Shown here: one piece after another, positions 1 to 10,900 of the stretch
Layout: every line of letters starts with the position of its first letter
Position numbering within the stretch: the first letter of the stretch is position 1
Position numbers and translations under genes: made by a program
DNA from: Phoronis australis
Taxonomy: Eukaryota > Animalia > Phoronida
Assembly: GCA_002633005.1 (NCBI GenBank)
Contig: NMRA01000477.1
Span: 45,249 to 109,248, forward strand
Reading direction: 5' to 3'
DNA length: 64,000 nucleotides
Notes under the pieces: generated by a model
The model's database searches: none
What the model was told of the DNA's origin: nothing
The model's input: only the letters and a program-made list of their open reading frames with translations

Positions 1-612
1 GCCCTCTCGGAAATTGCCACAATCTGACACAGCAGGCCGTTCAACTCAAAGGGAAAATTTCTATTGGTCATTCTATTACTCCTCGGAAGGGGTTGTAGCT
101 CTTTCCAATAAAATCTGGGCACTTACAGACCGTTGTATATCAGTAATTATTTAAAGTATATCTGAAATAATTATCAAGTTACAACTGCTGGAGTAGACAT
201 TTACAAATTCAACCAAGCCATCGAAGTGCAACAGCCAGATAACCACGTCGTTACACCATCCAAATCAATAAACCCGTCTTTTAGAATTTCTGAATACTGA
301 AAGTGTGTTCTCAATGGAAGTCATCTGTGATCCTGCAGTGAAGACTCTGGCGGATGGATCTTTGTGGAAACTGTATTTCAATGGGATACCTTCAAAAACC
401 GCATGTGGGCTACGACGAAGTCATGACACAGGTCGTTCATCGGTATTGTTTCGTGTATAGGTGATTTGCCTTAAAAGCGGTGGTACCTCAAACAATTGTC
501 GGGCAGGCAGGTGTTTTTGTAGCAAATCCGTCAACTTCAAGAGCTATGTCTTTCGATTTAGAGAACTCGTATTGCTTTCCACTGCCAGGCTCCACCCAGT
601 GGCGTATTTATA

Positions 613-636
613 GGGGGGGGGGGGGGGGCNGGGGGG
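613..636. other. Poly-G tract containing an assembly N (630)
   Basis: Directly visible; probable contig join. Confidence 0.8.
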
Positions 637-3045
637 CATCACGTGACCTATAGTTAAGTCTAATAATATTGACCGGGACTTTCTGCTAGCAGAAAGTTTA
701 TAAAGTAGCACTGGATTTCTAAAAATAGGATTCATTTTCTAAAATAGTTTTGAATTTCTAAAATACCTTTAAATAGGATTGAATTTATATCACAGGATTG
801 AATTAATAGAGTTGCATTGAATTTTCAGTAGGGTTGATTTTTATTTCAACTAAGAGTGAATTGATTAAAGAGCATTGAGTTTACAAAATAGGATTTTTAT
901 TTTTAAATAATATTTGCCTCTTCTGCTGCCCATATAAACCACTCCTCTCATGCGAAACTCATTTCCCAGACTGAATTTTGTGCCTCGTACCTGCCAACAA
1001 TCCAGTTTTTGGCTGTCGCAGAACGGTCCTGTTTTTGAAGCTTTGTCCTGGGTCCCGCCAACTGTACTTCTGTTTGACACACGCGATGACGAAATTTACA
1101 TATCATTCTCGGTATATCACTGTGTTTGACCCTCTAACTTCTCCGTTCCAATTTGTAGGAATGACAAAATAAAAATTCGCCGTCGTCTCCTGGTTGATGC
1201 GGCGGACATTTGTCCATTGTGATCGAAGAACCGAACGGCAATACGCCCCAGAATTGGCTGTGAGGGGGCTAGGCAATTATATCGCCGATGCACGCAGCAG
1301 ACGTACAGCCAGCCGAGGGGCTATGTGTTGTCTAGCATTGGGTTTCAGAAATCATGATTTCAAAATAATCATTGTTGTAAAAATCAGTACCGTGCAGAAC
1401 GGGGTGTGGTAGGGCGACGGGGCGACAGCCACGGGCATCGATCCACATCGGGGGGTCATCCAATTACTATGAATAAAATTTTTGAAATTGTGACTGATTT
1501 GTAATTGAATAAAGTTTCTATGTTATGTTTCGTCTTTTTTATTTTTCTTAGTATAAAGGTCCTGCATTCATCTGATTAGAGAAGTGGCATGCAATGAAAA
1601 AATCACCCCAAACCTCTTCACGCTATTGCGTGTGTTTTGCCTACCGGCAACTTGTTAACTACTTGTCATTTGGAAGAGGATCAAGAATTTGTGCCCTGAC
1701 CGTTTCCTATCTGTCGACGGAGGTAAGCCGAGACGCCGCGCCGGCGCCTCGACGGCCGGCCAGGGTAGCGCTGTACTAGTTGAGGGTCTTGTGGGTGGGA
1801 TGTGGTGGGGTGGGGCTCCAACAACAATAAATCCCAAAAACGGCATTACTGACATTGTCCTGTCTTGCACCGCGACCCCGGTGGGCCCCCCTAAATCTGT
1901 CAGTCTGAGTGTAATGCAGGCCTAGTGAACACCAAAATGTCGGACCGAAATTGCATCTCAGTAATCTTTGCACCGTTGAATCACTTAGGCAAATCCCAGG
2001 TGTCTCAAGTAAATACCCTGACATGAGAATCGGACACAACTGAAGCCCGTGGAAACGAACCTTCATAGATAAACTGTGTTGTTTTTCTTTCTGAGCCCCA
2101 GCCAGGGGCCTAAAACACATTTGGTCGGATTAGAAATACCGCCTTTCATATAATTGAACGAAAGTAAAGAGTGCCAGACGTATATAACTAATCGTACTTG
2201 TGTACATGTATCTGTAATGTTATCCAGAGAGGATTCGTTTTGGGTTTACTGCAACTCGAATGAATAGACTCAGCACAAGTGACCCAGCGATCTCTATCAG
2301 GTTGAGGGTGCGTGGGTGAAAGCGTGTTTTCCGATTGTTCACTTCATGTTTAGTTCCGTTAATTCTCACCGCGAAACTCGTGGGTTTGAGTGTACTTTAA
2401 TTATTTCAACGTGGATGACATTGCATATTGTAGAAAGGTACGAAAAACCGTGTCATTGGCTGTCCTGCCAAACCGTTTGTTCCTACAATGGATTTTTGCA
2501 CTTTTAGATGTTTTTGACCGTGTATAATAATTTTGTAACACAACATCTAACTAAACAAGCACTTATTTTGGGAAATAATTGAGTAATTATGCATTTTAAA
2601 GAAAAATTAATGATCCTTTGGTTTTCCGCCAGGTGATGCCATCAGTGGAAGACATTACAAAGACTTAGCGAGTTTGACGAGTATTATGAAGACAGGTTTG
2701 GAGATGGGGTTGAAGACGACACTCAGGCCATAGATAAAACAGGTAATGAGTTAGACCTGTTGGCCAGAAAACGCAGGAGTCCACTCTCCACGAACCGACT
2801 GAAATTAAAGATATCGTTCAAATTGGAATTCCGAAGTTACAGCCGTGCATGTATTTATACTTTCTACTGTTACTGTGGAATGTACTTCTCACCTGGTTGA
2901 GAAGTCATTTTTCACCACGGTGCAAAGTACCACAAAAGTAAAAAAACGTCATGTACCGGCCACCGTGGTGTACACTCAGTAGTGTTTCACTATAGTTTTG
3001 AGTAAATTGTCAAAGTGTTATTTTATTCAGAGAAAAGTTTTAAAT

Positions 3046-3122
3046 TTATATTATTATTGTTATTGTTATTGCTATTCTTCTTCTTCTTCTTCGTCTTCTT
3101 CTTATTCTTCTTATTATTATTA
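3046..3122. repeat. Compound trinucleotide microsatellite (TTA/TTG/TTC)n
   Basis: Directly visible. Confidence 0.85.
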
Positions 3123-3779
3123 GAAGACTAACATTTTTCATTTTGTCTACGACGCACGTGCATATGTGTCGTAACTACGACTCTGATTTGGAACAACAAA
3201 GTTTTGAAAGTAGATGACTGATATGAATTGAAAAACTCTGAGAGTGTCTGTCGAAGTCTTCAAACGATTTTGTTGGGAATTTTGTAAAAAAATGCATTCT
3301 TCCGCAGAGTTTTTTTTCAGAAACGTATCCTTTCGTAGGGAGATTGGATCTGAAAAAGTTAACCTTATGAACAGCACGTCGCACTTCTTGTATGGAAGAA
3401 CCCCCGGGTTCCTTGATAAGAGTTGACTGTAAACTGCTGTGCGTGAACTTCGTGTATGTGTTAACTTGGAATACACGAGGAAACTTGACAAGTTTACTCA
3501 AATAATCACGTTCACGTTGATAAAAATTTGCACTGCATCAAATCAAATTACGTTAATAAAATAACGTATCCTTTTGCAACTACTAGCGGATCTTATCAAT
3601 TGATTTAACCATTCACATAATTCCCCCGATTCCTTGACACAAGTCACGTTTAAGGAGAAAGTGGATGATCATGAGGCCAATAATTACAAAAGTCCTTACA
3701 CTGAACAAAAAAGTTCACCTGATTGACCAAATGAATGTTCAATTCCAAGTTCGCTCATATATACACGATCGTCAAGTTG

Positions 3780-4291
3780 AGATTAAGCAGGATTCCAAGT
3801 CACCCACTGATATACAGTCATGGGCGCAACAAAACTGCCATTGGGAGGCACCACAGTATTCGAAGTTGTCGGAAAATCCTCACGAGCCGTCCTCTTCATA
3901 GTAGGAACATACATGTCAATTTTCACAATCACCCCTAGAGCGGTTTGGTTGACAGAATGGCAGACGCCAAAAAACAGACTCGAAAACAGAAAAATGGCCA
4001 CTAGGTGGCGCAAACTACGTCGAATCCATCCGAAAACGAGACGCCTATATGCCAAATTATATGAAAATACGTTGAGAATTTATCAAGATACAGAGGTAAG
4101 CGTAAAAAAACTAAAATTGCCACTAGGGGGCACACCGGTAGTCGGGTCCGTCCGAAAGTTCGCACGTGCCGTTCCATCCATGAAAGGAACACGTGCAAAA
4201 TTTCATGAACATATATTAAAGGGTATTGGAGATAGAGCAGAGGACGCCGGAAGGCATAATGCGTCCACATATAAATATGTGGGTGCATAAA
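3780..4291. mobile_element. Degenerate internally repetitive interspersed element (HINE/MITE-like)
   Basis: Diverged internal repeats (aaaactgccattgggaggcac...aggaaca...tttcac vs aaaattgccactagggggcac...aggaaca...tttcatg); ends gggtgcataaaa; boundaries approximate. Confidence 0.45.
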
Positions 4292-4929
4292 ATCGTATTT
4301 ATCTAACACGAAAAAGTTCGATATCCGCGTCAAGTTTTAAATAAAAGAAACTATGAGAACAAATTCATCTTTTATGTTCATTGTGATTGGATTGAGCAAA
4401 GCTCTGCGGTACTCCACTATATTTTTGACAGGGGAGTGCAGGTGTAATATTAGCAATACCCACTCAATGAAAGACCGAACTAGAAAAATGCACCCATTTG
4501 CAGGGTCCTACCATGAAGAATTTACAATAACCTTCCGCAGGGGTTTGTTCCATAAACCCGCACTTTCGTAGGGATCCCAAGACAGCAACACAAAAAGCCC
4601 AGACGGTCAATCGAAATTTGTAGGCGGGTGTTTCAACAAGACTTCCAAGCTAAAACGTCGAATACGATTTGATAGTTGAAAAAGAGAGGGTCACGTACAG
4701 CTACGATTAAGAAGACACGTCCGGATTCATATACGACAATCAGACCACTGTCTACAGTACGACGGTGCAGTACGACTATGTATACGAGAATCGCAATGTA
4801 TAGCCAGGGTTTAATTTACAAGGGCACTTATTACCTAGTACATTCTCCATGACTTCATTTCTCAGAAAAGCACCAAAACTGCTAACAAAATGGTAATTCC
4901 AACTAATCTTGGACTTATGATTTTGCAAC

Positions 4930-7883
4930 AACACAATAACGTATATTCATTTTATTCCACTTATTTTGACTTACAATACACAATAACAGAAATTTATCTC
5001 GCATTTACAATAAATTTACAATCTGACATGAATCAGTAACTATGCAACGAAAAGTGTAAATAGATAAAACAGGTTGACAAATAAAAACTATGCTTTTAAT
5101 ACATTACAACTGACAACGAAATGAGATTTTGTTTCAACTCAATGTCTACCTGCAAAAATCTAAGTCTTAAGTCATACCACAGAGTGTTACATAGGATCCC
5201 AATAAAATAGTGGGCTTTAACTTAACGTTAAATGAAAAAACAGAAGGCTTTACAACATGAGCTGATACACAAAACTGGGAAACCCTCTCCCACAAAAATA
5301 ATAAAAAATTTCATATTATTATGCTGAATCCTATGATTGTTACTATTGGTCAGTTCATCTGGCTTCAACAAGAAAACTGATTCAAACCGAGTACCACCCG
5401 CAGGGTGGCATGATTCATGACTGGAGAATTGCACACAAAAGGTCAGACCCAAAATTTACCCACAAACTGGTTCTTACAATATTTACACTCTACCACTGAC
5501 AGCTACCTGCTTGTCTTAGTTAATTTAACTTAAAAAAATTGTTCATCTTTGTACACACAATACAGCCCATTGAATTGATCTTAATGTACACATGACAACA
5601 GGTTTGACAGTAATATTTAATTACATGGGCACAGCATTTTGAGAACCACTGAATAAAGGATCTCAAACTTGTTCTCAAAATCTGGCATCCCTGTAAATGA
5701 CTACTGCCGACTTGACAACTCATCTGACCTTGAATAATCGTTGTGATGAGAATACACCAAAATGTGTTTATGCCACACCCTTGGCTGAACTGGTATAAAT
5801 AAACATGACATACAATCTGACACACATCCAAACTTACACTTATTTTAAGTCTACCCTGTATTCAATTCAGTGATGTCCAACTGGACACTTACGTTCTCAA
5901 TCTCGGCCAGTCACAACAGGTTATACGTCCAGGTTCTAACTAAACGCAGATAGGGAGAACGGTATGCTCTCAAGTCGAGTATTTTCAGTTTCGGCAAAAT
6001 TATGTACACCTTTCAACATACAGACATGCAATGGCAAAAATAACTCAGTCCAATATATAATCAAACTATACACAATACTAATAATCTCTCATCAGACTTC
6101 CAATAAATACATTCCTAATGTACACACAAATTTGATTGTTTCGGCCTGCCTGAATGGAATTGGACTAAGCATTTGCTTTCACTGGATTCTACTACTGGCA
6201 ACATCTCCAGAACAGATGAGAAATTTGGTTCCATGGGTCACTTCTATGACGCAACTGTTGAACCATAACATTACATAGAAACACAAACCGAATTTTGAGA
6301 AACGACAATGCGCATTTCTAGTGAGCATCAATGCAGCACTTGTGAGCACGTGTTTTGGAAGGAGAAAGCTCTTTCTGGTGATATCTTATAATAAAATACG
6401 AATCGCTGATTATCCTTGACACATCTGAATGATATCTAGACTGTGCTGGCTTGTACAATAAATGAGGGTCAAGGAAACAGTGACTAACATCTCTCTCTTT
6501 AATAGTAATAACAAAAAACATAGAAATTACAGAAAGGTATAAAGGAAGGTAACCCAGTGCAACTGTATAGATTTTCTCTAACAAGGCATATTTAAGGGTT
6601 CTGTACGTTTACACAGGATCGTCCATATATCTCATGAACTATCTCTAAAGTCTTTCCATATATGGTTTAATCCAAATCGTGTTAAGACATGAAATCCAAT
6701 CCTGTTAAACATAAATCCAAATCCTGTTGCACGCGAAATTCAAATCCTGTTACACGCAATGTTTCAATGTAGGAAGGACAAAGTTTCGGACTTCAAATTT
6801 CAGATTTAGTCACCGCAGTAACAAACAGAACAAAGGTAAAAACATAATTGGTTCTCATCTGCACACTGACACACGGTGAAACCTGCGCGTCACTACTAGA
6901 AGACCAAACTGCCAGCGTGCATCAATTCTAGTCAAGTTATCTATCCTTTTTTCAAAAGTCAAACACGCAAAGCTTGCGAAATCAGCCACAGCCACATCCT
7001 GACCTCAGCCGTCAATAAGCATAAACAGGTGTTAACCAATGCTTTCTGCGCAGCAGACAACAGGCCAATTCTTTGAAAAGGAATTAAAAATGATGCAACA
7101 CTGCATGAATGTTGAAATAAAACGCAGACCAGAATCAACTATGTTTTTTGGCCTTCTGACTAGAGCAGATCAGCAAATTCAACAAAAACCATTTAGACAA
7201 GACGTGCCACACAGTAAATCTTTGCCCATTTACAGAGGCCATGTTTATCAAACTGAGCAGTGTCTGTGACGACCCGTTACAGAGGATAAATATGTCAATC
7301 TTCAAACATGCTTATAGCAGTGACATTGAAGCCATTCAACATAAACTACACGAGGCAAGAGGTATAAAGGTGAGAAAACTTTAGAGAGTAACAACGCTAG
7401 TACACCATTGTAATGTTAGCAACTTTTGAGCTTTCTAATTGATCTATTCTCCAAAATCCCCACTACCCTACATTTTACGTCTGCCACACCAACACTACGT
7501 ACGTGCCAGACCTAAGTCACGCTCACAACTTCCATGACTTTGTGATAAATTCCAAGACAGCACCATTGTGTAGTTTCCACGACAAACACCACTTTAACCT
7601 CCAGTCCCAGGGGTGTGACGCAACAAACGCTTTCCCTGCAACTAAACCGCATCGTCTCATTTCCTGGCGGAGAAGCTTTGTCTAATGAATTCCCTCTTCC
7701 CTATATATTCCCCCTGGTGAAAATCACATAGCACCGCCATCATCCCATTTGACTCAAGCATCCATATTGAACACAAAATGATCCGTGACTCCAGTACGTA
7801 TTCAGCGTTCGTGTTTCACCGTCGCTCACGTCGACTGGAGCGCCGGCTTGTTTGCTAACATCAATGTCACCCCATAGCCCTGA
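4930..7883 (-). other. Probable ~2.9 kb 3' UTR ending near an AATAAA signal
   Basis: AATAAA on the minus strand at 4956-4951, followed by a GT-rich stretch (gttattgtgttgttg); T-rich sense composition; extent is inferred. Confidence 0.5.
6669..6757. repeat. Degenerate ~22-bp tandem repeat x4 (aaatccaaatcctgtt...) in the putative 3' UTR
   Basis: Directly visible. Confidence 0.75.
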
Positions 7884-7984
7884 CTAGTCGTCACAGTCAT
7901 AGCTGTTGGTGTAGAGACTGTTCTGGTACAAAGGAGGCGGAGGGTAAGCTATTCGGGGGCTGGTGTCATTCTCTAATGTTCCAT
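7884..7984 (-). CDS. Terminal coding exon (DGTLENDTSPRIAYPPPPLYQNSLYTNSYDCDD*)
   Basis: tttttccAG acceptor, phase 1, TAG at 7886-7884. Confidence 0.8.
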
Positions 7985-10900
7985 CTGGAAAATGGATAAA
8001 TGCCGCTTGACAATTCACAAATGAATCAGTAATTAATAACCGAATCCACAATTCTAATTATCTCGTATTCAACCATGATAAGCACTTGCCTCAAGGCATT
8101 TTGTACACAGTTAAAATTCAACATCATAATGACTGATATGAATCATCAATCCTGCCTTCTCAAGCTGTTTGGAGATATAGAACCACAAACTGTTAATGCT
8201 ACGCATGAATTTTAGACAAAGCTGCAAACTCTCATGGCTGCACTTGCGGAAGCCACTAGAGGGCAGCCAATTGGTTCTGCTAACTATGAGTGTTACTCAC
8301 CATTGCTACTGATGTCCGTGTTAGTCGCCTGATCTCGTGTACGGTCACTTGATTCAGCTAGGGGGCGCTTTTTCCGCCTTTTGTGCTTGGCTGGAGCACC
8401 TTGTGATTGTTCACGGTCGTTCAACCTATTTTGGTGACGCAGCGAACCATTGGCACTGCCGCCATTGTAAAGATCATCTTGCCTGTTTGGGTGACCTTGC
8501 GACCCATGAAAAGTCGTGAACTGGGGTCGGGAGTCACCGCTGCTGGAGTGCTGACTACCAGATGTGCCCATAAAATTGCTGTAGTCTATGGGTGCGATGT
8601 CATCTGAAAATCAATACAAAATGCGTTTCATTCTTGACATACCCTGGTAGGACTCACCTCTTTACAGTTCGGCCCCGTAAGGCCATAATTAGACCAAGTC
8701 AAAATACAAATCAAAGTTGTCCACTTCAAATTAGAATAAGACAGTTGTAACATGTGATCTCCGTTCAGGTAGTATAATCAAAAGAGCTCTTGCCAGCACG
8801 ACAAAAATAAGGTTTTACAAATGGTGATACAAGAGCTTGAAATAAAATTTTGCCAAGAAGGAATTGTGAACGTGAAATGGAAATGCAAAGCAAAAAACAG
8901 AACTCATAACATAAGTGAGAGGACTGTTTCAGTTCAACAGGGATCCGTTTCACCAAATAAACATAACTTTATGCCCATCTTAACATGCGGCACAACTTAA
9001 ACACCAGACAGTGTGTCACTTAAGATCAAATTCATTTATTTCTGAAACCATTAAATCTAATCTAAACCTGATTTAAACCTCAGAAAAGACGCGACTGATC
9101 AGTTGTCAGTGGCAGAAATCACACATATGATCAATAAAGGCAACACCTGTCGTGAAACGACCAAAAAAGGTCTCGACCCCTTCACCTTTCCTGAAACGAC
9201 CAAAAAAACATCGCAAGTCCTTCAGTGCCACAATAACCAGTCTTCCTAGACAACTTATCACCAACACCTTCATTTCAATACTCACCTGTATCTAAAATAT
9301 TTTGTAGATTCTGCAGGTTACGCTGCCTCTCTAAGGTCTCAGTGCTCGGACTAGCTCTTTGTTGACTGTTGTTGGAGACTTCGCGACTAGACTGTAATGA
9401 AACAACACGCCGGTGGAATATGATCACTAACATACACTTGTTATATGTATCTAATGAGCATAAATTTACAGACATCTCTCGCAGTCGCAGAGACCAGACC
9501 TTATTAACTTCTATATTAAAAAAAACGCAAATCTCAGTGAACCCAGCTTTTACACAGCATTTCTGAAATTAGGAGAAAATCTATCCTGGCAAGGTCAAAA
9601 GTTTGAATCAACAACTTATGGCAAAATTTCCTACAGCTGACTGTTTAACGTTTCCCTTTTCTGCTGTCTAAGAGCAACACAAGACTGCTCATGTCAACGA
9701 TGCTGAAACTACACGGGTTTAACAAGCCTGTCCTTCTCGATAAAGTCTTTCACAGGTATATGCCAACAACAAAGGGGCAACTTTAGACCTGATGAAGCCT
9801 CATATTTCAACAGAGCATCCAAGCAAAATTATCACAAAGCTACAGCCTCTAGCTATCAGTCCACGTACGTAGACGCGCACATACCTCTGTTACATTATTG
9901 ATGTCCGACTCTAATGGATCACCAGTCTCCGCTTGTGTGAGCGGATTAACGTTGATATTCATCTTGCTGTGCACGTACGGCGACGGCACCCGACCGTTCT
10001 GGGTGGCGTGTCCGTTGATGCCGTTCAACAGGAAGCCATTGCCGTGCTTCTTCGGCACCATCTGCGAGTTGTAGATCTGCTGCGCTGGATCCTGGAACTT
10101 GTTGCGGTACTTTGCATCCATGTCAGCTGGAACAAACAGAAGGAAAATGATTCAACGTTTCAGATGGGGGATAAGAAACAATTGGTTTCTACGCAATCAG
10201 GAGGAAAAATGGTTGCTTGTCAAAATGATGAAACAGTACATGCCAGCAGTAAACGGACAAAATGACCATTTCCTTGCCATGAAAGCTGGGTGGAAGCCCA
10301 ATCCATGGTCAGAGTAGTCTCCCCTGATGACTGTGAACGAAGGGGAATTAAAAGGAAAGTAAGTAAGGCGGCCGAGTCATTCTGTAATTAGAATTTTCCT
10401 TAAGTAACAGTCATTAGTAGTCAGTTTTGCTGTTCACAGAATGAGTTGTCACGGCAGGGAAATGGTATGTTGTCTGATTACTTTGGTCATGTACTCTTTC
10501 AGTCAATCACGGCATAACATTACGACAGGAAACCCTTCTTTTTACAGAGCATACTTTGTAACACAGTGACTGAAGTACACCCTTTCTGAAATAGTCTACC
10601 CTTAATTACTAAATGGGAACTTTTATTTTTCTATGACAATGGAACAAATTTTACTGGAGAAGTATAGTCATGAAGAACTACTATAAAGTGCAAATATCTC
10701 AAGGATGGGAAACCAGAAGTTTTAACTATGAAGCCGCACAAAGACCCAGATCAGATCTAGCCACTGTTATCTACATTAGACGTTTCGTAAAGCTTTTGAG
10801 CCGCAGCGTGAATCCAAGCATGAATCACCGTGTTAACTTGAGTAATACTGGCCAAGCTGTATAATATTTGAGTAATTCTGGCCAAGCTGTATAATATTTG

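Noticed and set aside
1400-1930. GC/CpG-rich patch as an rRNA fragment or promoter island
   Set aside because: No recognisable rRNA or tRNA motif and no associated gene start; more likely repeat-derived, but I cannot classify it.
3820-4290. 156-aa plus-strand ORF
   Set aside because: Lies in an internally repetitive element (KLPLGGT twice); no domain signature.
4650-4815. Clustered TACGA motifs ending in gtatagccagggtttaa as a transposon end
   Set aside because: No matching opposite terminus found, so element boundaries cannot be supported.
7740-7886. Possible stop-codon readthrough (about 47 open codons after the TAG)
   Set aside because: That length is plausible by chance, and the TAG-T context is not a favoured readthrough signal.
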